From an uncultured Candidatus Saccharibacteria bacterium (lineage in GTDB: Bacteria > Patescibacteriota > Dojkabacteria > SC72 > JAFGCJ01): a stretch of DNA of 64,000 nt. Of this stretch, positions 1 to 9,610 are shown one piece after another. The stretch covers positions 15,110 through 79,109 of the forward strand of contig CAZDUZ010000001.1 of NCBI GenBank assembly GCA_964508755.1, given 5' to 3'. The translations under genes were made by a program, and so were the position numbers. Position 1 is the first letter of the stretch. Every line of letters begins with the position of its first letter. The notes beneath the pieces are model-generated. The model was not told the origin of the DNA. It was given only the letters and a program-made list of their open reading frames with translations, and searched no databases.

Positions 1-74
1 CCAAATACCATATCAAACAGTGCATCCGATAGCACATCGAAAGGTTTATCCAACAGTGCATCTGCGTCTTTCAT
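1..74 (-). CDS. 5' end of a minus-strand ORF running off the window start (ATG at 74; MKDADALLDKPFDV...)
   Basis: Open frame with no stop from 74 to the window edge on the minus strand. No homology is recognisable from 24 aa. Confidence 0.2.
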   Translation of the reverse strand, partial: MKDADALLDKPFDVLSDALFDMVF

Positions 75-120
75 TTCCCGTTTTTTCAATAGACCTTCTG
101 TTAAGTCGGGAAGATTTGTT

Positions 121-2967
121 GTGAAGCTGTGTTTGCTTTTTTTTCTATTAACCGTTTCTTCCGTTGTATTGTATGTTGCCTTTGGTATTTCCTGGTCAGA
201 TCCATATGCTGTAACGGTGTCAAACGTCACGGACCGTTCTGCGACTATTAGCTGGGTTACAAGGGAACCGGTGCGAGGGGTAGTTGCTTATTCAGAATCG
301 CCGAATTTCCTACCTGGTATTTTGACTCGTTTTGGCAAGAATGTGGCTTTTGATGATCGGGATATAATTCATGCGCAAGAACAGACGGTTGCAAAGATAG
401 CTGAGAATGCACAAAACGCAGGATCTGATATCGTTTCCTACGAGGAGATCGCTGAAGATATTACGCTTTCTGAGCTTAGTTCTTTCTATGTCCATCATGT
501 AACCATTAAGAATTTGGATCCTGATAGTACGTATTTTTTTCGAGTTGGAAATGGCAATCGTTTTACTTTCGCGAAGGATGGTTCGTCAGATTTTTCTACA
601 AAAGCTGAATTGGATAACCTATTGGTTCCTAATCCGGCATACGGTTTGGTAAAATTTTGGGGTGATGAGGATAATCCTGTAGATGACGGTATTGCTTACT
701 TACAGCTTTCTGATGGTGTTGAAACATCGGATCTTGCTTCTGCTGTACTAGGTGAGAATGGGTCTTGGTATATCGATGTGAATAGTATTCGTTCTATCAA
801 TGGCGATCTTTTTCTATACGATCGAGAGGGTCGGGATATTAGGGAAATTCTTACAATAGAAGCGAGTATTCAAGGTAGATACGAAGTAGAAATCGATCCA
901 GATAATGATGCACCTGCTCCTGTCGTCATTATTCAAGATCCTGAAATGGAAGAAAATCAGCCTAACGTAAAGCAGCTGTCTCCATCAGTTTCTTTTGTGA
1001 ATAAGAGTTTCTCTTTTCTTCAAGAAGCATTGGCTTTTGACTGTAGTGAAAACCGTGGGTTTCCCTGTTCAAAATGTAAGGGTTGCCATGAAGGATGCAA
1101 TTATGATGCTTCTGGCAATGTAACTGGGTGTGGATATATGGATTACTGCTCTTCAGGTTGTGAGAGATTGCAAGATCCTCCTGGATGTGAATGTGGCTGT
1201 CCATCCGGAACAAAAAGCTGTACCGGAACCGGAATTAAGTGTGAGAATCAAAAGTGTGTTTCTAGCACACCGCCTCCTGCCCAAGAGCCCTCAAACCCAA
1301 ATCAAGGGAGTTGTATCGGAAGCACTAATGCTCCGCCAGTTGCGAATGGTTTTTGCGGACCTGACAGGTCTGGTTGTTATCGTGATGATGGTTCTGGCGA
1401 TTCCTCCTGTGCGTGGCGAGCGTGTAATAATGGAAGCTGGGTGAAGTCTAATGATTGTTGTGGAAAGTGTTCAGCCTCAACTTCAGAAAGAGGGTCTGAT
1501 AATCCATCTGAGGAAAAAACCTGTGAAAGCGAGGGATTATTTACATTCGATGTATCCTCACAATTTTGTGGAAGTCCTCATTTAATTATTCCTATTGGAA
1601 ATGAAGTATGTTGCTCAACAAAACCGGTAGAAAGATCCAATAATTCTGACGGTGAGTCTGAAGAAGAGTCTGAAGAAGAGTCAGGAGAACCGACGTCCTT
1701 CCTTTCCGTGTGTTCTGCAAACCGAAATGAATACAATGATGCAAATTGCAATAATGCCTGTTCTCCTTCACAATGTTTCAAAAAAACGGAAACAAACTAT
1801 ACTTCTGATGGTGGATCAGTGACACGTCATTGTTATATTTGCTTAGAAAACTATTATAATAAATCAAATTGCGACAATGCGTGTGGTGATAATGCTACAT
1901 GCATCTTTGTTGGTGAAGGTATGTACCGATGTCAAGAAGGTTTGTATGATACAAGAGATTGTAATGGTAAATGCCCTGGATTTTGTAAAGAATATAGTGA
2001 AGGTTTTTACTATTGTGAAACGAGCCAAATGGCTTCTGCTGATATTGAAGCAATTCCTGGAGTCCCCGTATCTAATACAGAAAGAGTCTCCTCTTTATAC
2101 AATCAAAGTAATACTAGCAGTCGCAAATTAATTAACACCATCATTCCACCCGTCATAGCTCAAGAGCCTACAAGTTCTTCTCTCATACTTTCACCCACTG
2201 AAGGTTTGTATCTCTTTGATAACAGTGGAGTGTATTGTTCAACAATTCAGACTGTTCAATATTGTTTCGATGTCAGTACGCCTGGTAAAAAAATTCTATA
2301 TATCGACTCGAATTTGAATAGTGCGTTCGATGGAGAAGATTATGATTTAGGTGAATTTTACGGTGAAATCGAGGTTGAATTGTCTGAGAGTACAAATATT
2401 TACAAAGTGAAAAATGGTTACTCCATTCTTGCCTTCAATCTTGCTTCTACAGATCCTGAGCAGATGATGGCTTCTTCTGTACTAAAAAAACTGAATGTAG
2501 ATCATAACGATGCGTTCTTTTCTATTGCGATGTTTGAGGATGGTAGATGGATTGTTGTAGGTAACAGAGATGGTGAACAGTATGGTGGTAATGATTTCAT
2601 GATAATTCCTGGAAAAGGATATCTGGTAAAAGCTAAACAATCGCTAGAGTTTGTGATTTCTGGACGAAAGGTTGTTAGCCCTGTTCCGGTAAGCTTGGTT
2701 ACCGGCTGGAATCTCGTCGCCGTGCATGGGACAGAGAAGGGGTATACCGCATCAAGTCTTATCGATTCAATAGATAGCGTAGAGGGTCTTGACGCAAACA
2801 ATGTAACGATGTGGGATCTATCAACTTCTCGATATAAAGGATTGCAGAAGGAGAAAGATGCGGGTGGAAATATGGAGGTGTATGGATTTGATTTTCCGCT
2901 TGATCCGCTATCTGGATATTTTGTACGAATTGCAAGCGGAAGTGGAGTGTGGGAGCCAGAAGAATGA
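121..2967 (+). CDS. Large membrane-anchored extracellular protein (948 aa). N-terminal TM helix, purple-acid-phosphatase-N / FN3-like domain, long Cys-rich low-complexity middle, conserved ~300-aa C-terminal domain.
   Basis: GTG start then a hydrophobic helix (LLFFLLTVSSVVLYVAFGI). Motifs VSNVTDRSATISWVT ... FYVHHVTIKNLDPDSTYFFRVGNG match the PAP N-terminal/FN3 fold. About 60 Cys occur in CxxC/CxC patterns between aa 300 and 620. The C-terminus is homologous to the next gene. Confidence 0.75.
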   Translation: MKLCLLFFLLTVSSVVLYVAFGISWSDPYAVTVSNVTDRSATISWVTREPVRGVVAYSESPNFLPGILTRFGKNVAFDDRDIIHAQEQTVAKIAENAQNAGSDIVSYEEIAEDITLSELSSFYVHHVTIKNLDPDSTYFFRVGNGNRFTFAKDGSSDFSTKAELDNLLVPNPAYGLVKFWGDEDNPVDDGIAYLQLSDGVETSDLASAVLGENGSWYIDVNSIRSINGDLFLYDREGRDIREILTIEASIQGRYEVEIDPDNDAPAPVVIIQDPEMEENQPNVKQLSPSVSFVNKSFSFLQEALAFDCSENRGFPCSKCKGCHEGCNYDASGNVTGCGYMDYCSSGCERLQDPPGCECGCPSGTKSCTGTGIKCENQKCVSSTPPPAQEPSNPNQGSCIGSTNAPPVANGFCGPDRSGCYRDDGSGDSSCAWRACNNGSWVKSNDCCGKCSASTSERGSDNPSEEKTCESEGLFTFDVSSQFCGSPHLIIPIGNEVCCSTKPVERSNNSDGESEEESEEESGEPTSFLSVCSANRNEYNDANCNNACSPSQCFKKTETNYTSDGGSVTRHCYICLENYYNKSNCDNACGDNATCIFVGEGMYRCQEGLYDTRDCNGKCPGFCKEYSEGFYYCETSQMASADIEAIPGVPVSNTERVSSLYNQSNTSSRKLINTIIPPVIAQEPTSSSLILSPTEGLYLFDNSGVYCSTIQTVQYCFDVSTPGKKILYIDSNLNSAFDGEDYDLGEFYGEIEVELSESTNIYKVKNGYSILAFNLASTDPEQMMASSVLKKLNVDHNDAFFSIAMFEDGRWIVVGNRDGEQYGGNDFMIIPGKGYLVKAKQSLEFVISGRKVVSPVPVSLVTGWNLVAVHGTEKGYTASSLIDSIDSVEGLDANNVTMWDLSTSRYKGLQKEKDAGGNMEVYGFDFPLDPLSGYFVRIASGSGVWEPEE
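2717..2947. repeat. 231-bp segment with 2 mismatches to 6197-6427 (3' ends of the two paralogous surface-protein genes)
   Basis: Direct comparison of the sequence: 2728-2943 equals 6208-6423 exactly (216 bp), flanked by single mismatches. Confidence 0.9.
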
Positions 2968-3081
2968 GAACTACAGCTTTATTTTTCTGAAAAAATACTT
3001 ATGGATGTAAAGAATGGTTATTTTCAGGATATTGAGTGGTAATTCTAACTGTTAATCTTAAATTAATCGGTAATTTTTGCT

Positions 3082-6000
3082 GTGAATAGTCTTGGGCAGG
3101 ATGTTCCAACTTCCTTTGTTGAAGGTTCTATAAAGACAAATGATCGCCTGAAGGCATCGTTTTCACGGTCCAATAATCCTTCTCTAAGCGTCAAGCAAAA
3201 AATTAAGAAGATCATCGAATCGAGGAGGGTAGGTAAAGCACTCCTTGGTTTTTCTTTATTTATTTTCGTCCTTACGCTCGTCTATTCTTATTGGGTTTAC
3301 CAGTCATATCCTTGGTCTGAACCGTATGATATCCGGGTTACAAATGTAACCGGTCGTTCTGCGACGATAAGTTGGGTAACGGATGAAGCTGTCTCGGGTG
3401 TTGTGTCATATAGCACCTCTGATTCCTTTCTTCCGGGGGTGCTTTCACGTTTGACAGGCAGTGTTGCTTTTGATGATAGAGACATTCAGAAAGAGTTGGA
3501 AAAGAAAGCTAAAGAGGCTGTAAACACGGTTATTTCTGGAAGTGATTCTGCAACTTATGAGTATGATGTGACTTCCCAAATGACTCTTAAAGATACCGGG
3601 GCCTTTTATGTTCATCATGTGACAATCAGCAATTTAGAACCTGATACGTCGTATTATTTCCAGGTGGGTAATGGGCTACGTTTTATCAGTCCTTCTGAAG
3701 ATATTGTGGACTACACTGTGGGAAAGGGTAATTCCTTCAATACCTTTGAAGATTTGGATTCTATTCAGACACCAAGCCCGAGTTACGGTGCTGTATTGCA
3801 GGAAACTGGGGAGGTCGTTGTTGATGGATTGGTATTTATGGAAATCGAAGGCAAAAATTCATCTCCCGTATCCACAACTCTTAGTGAAAACGGTACGTGG
3901 TACATAGATTTATCAAACATCAGAAATAGTACTGGAGATGCATTTGTACGTACGGTCGAAGATAATGATTTCGAGAAGGTTTGGATTGAAGCTGGTCCTT
4001 CAGGGCGTGTTTCAACAAGTATCCCAATGACTCTTGACGCACCTGCAGAGGATATCTTTATTCCGTCTGGGGGGAGTCGCAGTGAAGAAGTATATGAATC
4101 TTCATTCGTAAGTTTTATTCGAAAGCTTACCCCACCTGTTCAAGCTGCATCTTGCTTGTGTGAATGTGAAGGTAATCAGAGTGACGGCTACAAAAGTCGT
4201 TGGTGTGGGAGGACACAGGAGCGCATTGCGAAGCAACAATTTGACGATGGATGCTACTGGATAGATGAAGGTTGTAATGCCGTTGCAACCGATCCAGCAA
4301 CTTGTAACAAGTATCAAACCTTTCCTGTCAAAGGAGACAGAATTGGAAACACCTGTGAAGGTGGTCAGGATTCTACTTCCACAGCTCCTCCAACTGGAAC
4401 AACCCCAACTGATACACCAAATGATACTCCTAGTTCTCCTCTGCCACAAGAATCTGCAGACGCCACGAGAGGTTCATGTGGTGGTAGGGCTCATGGATCG
4501 TGTGGTCCAAGTTCACTTGCGTGTTTATCCAAAGCACCTCCTGAGGATTGTTTTTGGGCAATTTGTGACGATGGAGCGTGGAAAAGAATTGAACCAAATA
4601 CTTGCCCTGAGAGTAACGTTGCATCAGATACAGAAGGGAGTGGGGATAGTACAACACCCTCAGGTTCTCAGGCACCTGGTCTTGCTTGTAGAGAGAGGAA
4701 CAGTAGTTGGGTACTTTGCACGAGTCTTCGAGAAGATGAAAGGAGAATTGTATATCGTGATAGTTTAGGGGCTGGTTCTAATGATTGCTGTGTGAAAATT
4801 AATCAACCTGTTGATACGAGCGGAACAACAGATGTCTGTTTTGACCGCTATTATCTTTCCATCTCTTGTGAAAGTGATGAAGCAGACAAAGATAATGTTA
4901 TTGGACTATCAGATCCAAACAACCCCTCTTCATATAAGTGCTGCGGTTTCAAAGCATCGACTCCAGATGATTTAGAAGAATTAAGAAGATCGGAAGCTGA
5001 GAGAGATGAAAGTTTTGCCCAATCGAGGGATGAGCTCTGTCGAAAAGAATTTGATGAAAACACAGTGTCTGAATATAACTCTAGTGCTGATCGAGGAGCG
5101 TCTCGGGGTAATATTTTTCCAGCTGATGGTGGTATTGTAACCTGTTTTTTCAAGATTGGTGTTGTCTCACGCCCTCCTGACATGCAAACCTGTGGGGAGC
5201 AGGGAGAAGGGTATGTATCTTTTTCGGAAGGAAACCAAACCTGCAGTGAGGTAGTTGACGGTATTCGTGATTTCAAAGGTCAATCTTGTTGTAAAAGTTG
5301 CGATAAAGTGAATCCAACACCTCCCGGGTGTACCAGTGTAACCTTAGCTCAAGCTCAAGTTCCTGAAGTAAACCTCATACAACTTTTACAAAATAGTATT
5401 TCTTGTTTTTTCAATTTTCACAAAGTCGCTTACTGTGGAGGAAATCCTTGTAATAACCAGTGTGGATGTACCTGTAAACGATCAGGTGCTGGAGAATGTG
5501 AAACTGACGGTGTAGTTGTAGGACCAGGAGAATTATGTCCAGGAATAAAGCAAAGCAAAATTCCTGAAACGTATACAAAGGAATTTTCATCTTTGTCTCA
5601 ATCTCTTTCCAGTAAAGTTCAGGCTGAATTTGAAGAAAACACAAATGATAAAGAAAACATACTTCTTATCTCTCCTGAAAACGGCATCTTTTCATTTAAT
5701 GAAAAAGGAATATATTGCACGATCATAAATGAAGTTCCCTACTGCTTTGAAATTAATGAAACTGGACCGAAGAGGCTCTATATTGATCGGAATGGTGATA
5801 ATACATTTGACAATGCTGATATTGATCTTGGTTCTCAGGTATTTGAATTAGAGGTTACTCAAGAAGATGAAGTCGATATCTATAACATTGAGCTTGGTTT
5901 TAACTTCATGTCTTTTAGAATTGTGGGAGGAACCGGAGAGGATACTCTTGCATCTACGTTTCTAGAAAACCTGAACAGCCAATATGACAATGCATTCTTC

Positions 6001-6444
6001 TCAATTGCAAAATTTGAGGCAGGACGATGGGTTACGGTTGAATCACGCGGAGGTTCTCAATACGGAAATAATGATTTTCCTATACTACCTGGTCAAGGCT
6101 ATATCCTGAAAGCTACGAAATCATTCGAGATGGCTGTAACCGGAAAAAGAATAATTAGTTCGGTACCTGTATCTTTGGCACCCGGTTGGAACCTCATCGC
6201 CGTGCAGGGGACAGAGAAGGGGTATACCGCATCAAGTCTTATCGATTCAATAGATAGCGTAGAGGGTCTTGACGCAAACAATGTAACGATGTGGGATCTA
6301 TCAACTTCTCGATATAAAGGATTGCAGAAGGAGAAAGATGCGGGTGGAAATATGGAGGTGTATGGATTTGATTTTCCGCTTGATCCGCTATCTGGATATT
6401 TTGTACGAATTGCAAGCGGAAGCGGAACATGGACTCCGGAGTAA
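3082..6444 (+). CDS. Paralog of the preceding gene (1120 aa). TM anchor, PAP-N/FN3-like domain, Cys-rich region, shared C-terminal domain.
   Basis: IRVTNVTGRSATISWVT ... FYVHHVTISNLEPDTSYYFQVGNG parallels gene 121-2967. The C-terminal ~300 aa align throughout and the last 77 codons are nucleotide-identical. The true start is uncertain: GTG 3082 has no obvious SD, and an AGGAGG at 3219 is not followed by a start codon. Confidence 0.75.
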   Translation: MNSLGQDVPTSFVEGSIKTNDRLKASFSRSNNPSLSVKQKIKKIIESRRVGKALLGFSLFIFVLTLVYSYWVYQSYPWSEPYDIRVTNVTGRSATISWVTDEAVSGVVSYSTSDSFLPGVLSRLTGSVAFDDRDIQKELEKKAKEAVNTVISGSDSATYEYDVTSQMTLKDTGAFYVHHVTISNLEPDTSYYFQVGNGLRFISPSEDIVDYTVGKGNSFNTFEDLDSIQTPSPSYGAVLQETGEVVVDGLVFMEIEGKNSSPVSTTLSENGTWYIDLSNIRNSTGDAFVRTVEDNDFEKVWIEAGPSGRVSTSIPMTLDAPAEDIFIPSGGSRSEEVYESSFVSFIRKLTPPVQAASCLCECEGNQSDGYKSRWCGRTQERIAKQQFDDGCYWIDEGCNAVATDPATCNKYQTFPVKGDRIGNTCEGGQDSTSTAPPTGTTPTDTPNDTPSSPLPQESADATRGSCGGRAHGSCGPSSLACLSKAPPEDCFWAICDDGAWKRIEPNTCPESNVASDTEGSGDSTTPSGSQAPGLACRERNSSWVLCTSLREDERRIVYRDSLGAGSNDCCVKINQPVDTSGTTDVCFDRYYLSISCESDEADKDNVIGLSDPNNPSSYKCCGFKASTPDDLEELRRSEAERDESFAQSRDELCRKEFDENTVSEYNSSADRGASRGNIFPADGGIVTCFFKIGVVSRPPDMQTCGEQGEGYVSFSEGNQTCSEVVDGIRDFKGQSCCKSCDKVNPTPPGCTSVTLAQAQVPEVNLIQLLQNSISCFFNFHKVAYCGGNPCNNQCGCTCKRSGAGECETDGVVVGPGELCPGIKQSKIPETYTKEFSSLSQSLSSKVQAEFEENTNDKENILLISPENGIFSFNEKGIYCTIINEVPYCFEINETGPKRLYIDRNGDNTFDNADIDLGSQVFELEVTQEDEVDIYNIELGFNFMSFRIVGGTGEDTLASTFLENLNSQYDNAFFSIAKFEAGRWVTVESRGGSQYGNNDFPILPGQGYILKATKSFEMAVTGKRIISSVPVSLAPGWNLIAVQGTEKGYTASSLIDSIDSVEGLDANNVTMWDLSTSRYKGLQKEKDAGGNMEVYGFDFPLDPLSGYFVRIASGSGTWTPE
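6197..6427. repeat. Second copy of the 231-bp near-identical segment (see 2717-2947)
   Basis: Same comparison; the offset is exactly 3480 bp. Confidence 0.9.
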
Positions 6445-6579
6445 GGATAGGGGTGATGAAGAATTGCTTAGAATACGGTTGGGGTACTGTAGTGTACGGT
6501 ATTTGCGCAAATAGGTATTATCGACTACAATTTCCTTGCTTTTGAGTCTGAAAAGGAGATGTTTTACGTTCTGATATAG

Positions 6580-6653
6580 GGGCCCGTAGCTCAGCTGGCT
6601 AGAGCACCTCAATGGCATTGAGGGGGTCGCGAGTTCAAATCTCGCCGGGTCCA
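6580..6653 (+). tRNA. tRNA-Ala (anticodon GGC)
   Basis: Cloverleaf by eye: acceptor GGGCCCG/CGGGTCC with a G3:U70 wobble, the Ala identity element. D-stem GCTC/GAGC. Anticodon loop ATGGCAT. T-loop TTCAAAT. Discriminator A. Confidence 0.8.
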
Positions 6654-6711
6654 AGGGTATCCAAGAATGTAAAATATTAGTGATGAAAAGCTTTACCTTG
6701 ATTTTTATAAA

Positions 6712-7038
6712 TTGATTAAAAATACTCGAATGGCAAATGATATTACGAACTATATAGGTGTAGTTGCGGCGCGTGAATTTGCTGATCAGGAGAATCTACG
6801 CGTTTTCAAAATGGCTAGAAGAGGAGTAACTAAAGATGACGTTCGTGATTCTATACTTGAATCCTCTGACGAAGAGAAGAGAGACTATGGGATCAGGGAG
6901 ATTGTTGCCTGCGTTATTTTTACGGTAGACGAGTTCGCTCGGGTTGAGAGGCAACTTCCAACGTATGTAGCAGATATTGATGAATTCTATAAAGTCACTT
7001 CTGGCATTCGACCAGAAGGTCACCAACAAATTGCATAG
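6712..7038 (+). CDS. Hypothetical protein (108 aa)
   Basis: ORF in an intergenic slot between tRNA-Ala and the convergent SDR gene. No recognisable motif. Confidence 0.4.
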   Translation: MIKNTRMANDITNYIGVVAAREFADQENLRVFKMARRGVTKDDVRDSILESSDEEKRDYGIREIVACVIFTVDEFARVERQLPTYVADIDEFYKVTSGIRPEGHQQIA

Positions 7039-7069
7039 ATGTCATTATATTGAAATAGCCAATTCATAT

Positions 7070-7858
7070 TTAGAACTCATGCATATCTGCAACTGATTTC
7101 CCTCCATCCACGATGATCGACTGTCCATTGATGTAGGAAGCACCATCGCTTGCGAGAAAACTTACCACACTAGCTATTTCTTCTACTTCACATACTCGTT
7201 TCATCGGGTATTGTTTGGAAATGCTGGCATACCATTCCTCTAGTTCTTTATCTGTCCGATTATTTTGAGAATTTGCTATTCGAACGAATCCCGGGCACAC
7301 AGAATTTGTTCTGATTAAAGGCGCATAATCAAGAGCTAAACTTCTTGTGAGTCCATCTATGGCCGCTTTTGCAACAGAATAGACACAGAAGTTGGGTAGG
7401 GAAGCGAAGCTCGCATAGGAGGATATATTAATGATAGCGCCTCCTCCTGACTTTTGCATAAGAGGGATAGCATATTTTGCACATTTGAAGTAGCCTCCGA
7501 GGTTTGTGTTTAATGTTTTCTCCCATTCATCTTCTGAAATTGAGGTAACGTTCTTTGCCATACCTGCTCCATAGCGAGCCACGCAATTAACGAGGCAGGT
7601 TAGTCCTCCATATGTTTCTTCTGCCTGACTTACTACGGATTGAACGAACGAACTGTCTGTTACATCACCTTGTATGAATAACGCCTTACCTCCATTTTTT
7701 TCAATATTTTCCACTGTCCATGCGCCTGCATCGAGCATATCAACAACAACTACAGAATAGCCGTGTTTTGCAAGATCAATTGAAATGGCACCTCCGATTG
7801 ACGGTCCGCCGTCTTTGTATCCCATAGCACCTCCTGTTACGATTGCTGTCTTATTCAC
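7070..7858 (-). CDS. Short-chain dehydrogenase/reductase (SDR) family oxidoreductase
   Basis: N-terminal TGGAMGYKDG... Rossmann glycine motif and the catalytic YSVAKAAIDGLTRSLA (YxxxK) motif. Length 262 aa is typical. Confidence 0.8.
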   Translation of the reverse strand: MNKTAIVTGGAMGYKDGGPSIGGAISIDLAKHGYSVVVVDMLDAGAWTVENIEKNGGKALFIQGDVTDSSFVQSVVSQAEETYGGLTCLVNCVARYGAGMAKNVTSISEDEWEKTLNTNLGGYFKCAKYAIPLMQKSGGGAIINISSYASFASLPNFCVYSVAKAAIDGLTRSLALDYAPLIRTNSVCPGFVRIANSQNNRTDKELEEWYASISKQYPMKRVCEVEEIASVVSFLASDGASYINGQSIIVDGGKSVADMHEF

Positions 7859-8151
7859 TGCTTGATTAATGAAAAGTTAATACTTCAAGAAGTGTAGAGG
7901 AAAGATTTTTTTAAATCAAATGGAGAGTCGGTGTACGTACTTTTGATGATCTTTAAATTGAAACGGAATCAGGTGTGAGATGTGTGGTGTTAAGGGAGAA
8001 TAGAAATTATCACACAAGTACACCAATCAAAGGCAACGAGGTAGAGCATCAAAAAAATGTTCTTAATATAGCGGACCTGGTCTCCAAATTGGTTAATCGT
8101 ACCAAATATCACCAAAATCCATCTCAGGAATATCTGCCCAATAGAACATTT

Positions 8152-8691
8152 CTATGTCATCACATCCATCTCCCCATGTCGTTCCTTCGACGACATGATT
8201 TTGCAGGTAAGAATCGCCTTCAAGTGTTGTACAATTATCCGTCTCTGTTTCTTGAGGCCAACCTGCTTCATCGTAACCAACTCCTGGACCGACCCAGAAA
8301 CACTAACAAATCCCCCTGTCTCTTCTTGACTGACACCAATTACATACCGTATACCATCAGACTTAAAGGCAACACATGTTTTCGGTGGTGAAGACCAACT
8401 TGATTCGAGATAAGGCTTGAGATACTCTGAATCGCCGCTTCCTTCGAGAAGTTCTTGCATTGATGCCGCAGTTGACTCTCCTAATGTAGTTGGGAACATC
8501 TTATGCTCTGAGTAGAAAGCTGTCATTGCACGTTCCATATTTACCGCAGCAGCTTGCCTTGCAGTGTTTCTTGATTTTCGTGTGGCATATCCAATTCCTG
8601 CGATAGAAACGGCGACAAGAACTGCAAGAATTGCCATTACCACCAGTAATTCAACCAGGGTAAATCCCTTACTGTTTCGTAACAACGACAT
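8152..8691 (-). CDS. Type IV pilin / pseudopilin-like protein with prepilin N-terminal methylation motif
   Basis: N-terminus MSLLRNSKGFTLVELLVVMAILAVLVAV is the class III signal (G|FTLVE) plus hydrophobic helix that defines type IV pilins. Confidence 0.75.
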   Translation of the reverse strand: MSLLRNSKGFTLVELLVVMAILAVLVAVSIAGIGYATRKSRNTARQAAAVNMERAMTAFYSEHKMFPTTLGESTAASMQELLEGSGDSEYLKPYLESSWSSPPKTCVAFKSDGIRYVIGVSQEETGGFVSVSGSVQELVTMKQVGLKKQRRIIVQHLKAILTCKIMSSKERHGEMDVMT

Positions 8692-8894
8692 GCATGTAAC
8701 GCTGACAAATTAGGAAAAGGATGAGTTATTATGACCTCTCGTATACACTTATCCCATTTAATACAATACCTGTTCCAACGTGGATTCGCAATAGCAAAGG
8801 AATGAAGAAATCAGCCCTTATTCGTAGCGGGTGAACGTTTACCAGTTTTAGAAATATCCTTTGAAGTGTATAATATGGGCCACTAATAAATTGT

Positions 8895-9605
8895 TTGCGA
8901 AATTTCAAAATGACGGTAAATGATGAACAGAGTGAGTTTCGAATTGCTTCTGAAAACGAAGCTCTCCGTAAACTACAGGATTGGATGAGTAGATGTGATA
9001 AAAACGAAGGGCCCTCGGTATGTTTTGAAGTTGGTCGTGCCGTGGGTGAGTCGATTGTATCGTTAGGTGAATTTAGAATCGAAGGAGATCTGTCTGAACC
9101 GTGGTGGACTGCACGAAGTTATTTACAAACTATCGAAAATGATATTGTGCCTTCTCTTCTTCATAACGAAGCAGATCTGATGCTTCATAGGCAGTTTGTT
9201 GAAGGTGTTTTGGCGGTCTTTTCTGAAAATGGCGTACCTCAAAGGGTAACGGTGGCTGAGCGGAGAAGAGTGGAACAACCTGTTGATACCCGATGGGTAC
9301 ATACCCAGGCTATGCAATACCGAATCGTTCAAGCTCGCGGGTTTGCAACTGCTCCTACTGTTGAATATGGTGTGGCGGGTGGATATATTCCAGAATTGTT
9401 AGAATTACTAGGGAGTTTTAAGCGTAATCCAGGGATTTCTCGCGAAAGTATTGATACCGTTCGAGAACAACTTGCGCTTGCAAGGGAATACGGACAGAAA
9501 GCGCTTCTTGATGATCGGAACGTTGTTTCCTTCTCCCGGGGAATCGTTGGAGCAGTACACGCATTAAATGTGCGGAAGTTTGGTTATGTTGCAGCTAATA
9601 TCTAA
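8895..9605 (+). CDS. Hypothetical protein (236 aa; more probable ATG start at 8910)
   Basis: Long ORF. The track start is TTG, and the in-frame ATG at 8910 (MTVNDEQ...) is the more plausible start. No motif recognised. Confidence 0.5.
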   Translation: MRNFKMTVNDEQSEFRIASENEALRKLQDWMSRCDKNEGPSVCFEVGRAVGESIVSLGEFRIEGDLSEPWWTARSYLQTIENDIVPSLLHNEADLMLHRQFVEGVLAVFSENGVPQRVTVAERRRVEQPVDTRWVHTQAMQYRIVQARGFATAPTVEYGVAGGYIPELLELLGSFKRNPGISRESIDTVREQLALAREYGQKALLDDRNVVSFSRGIVGAVHALNVRKFGYVAANI

Positions 9606-9610
9606 GCCTT

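Noticed and set aside
6388-6654. 88-aa minus-strand ORF (MDPARFELATP...)
   Set aside because: It is the antisense translation of tRNA-Ala and its flank. The tRNA fold explains the conservation.
7975-8391. 138-aa plus ORF
   Set aside because: It overlaps the well-supported minus-strand type IV pilin gene. No SD and no motif.
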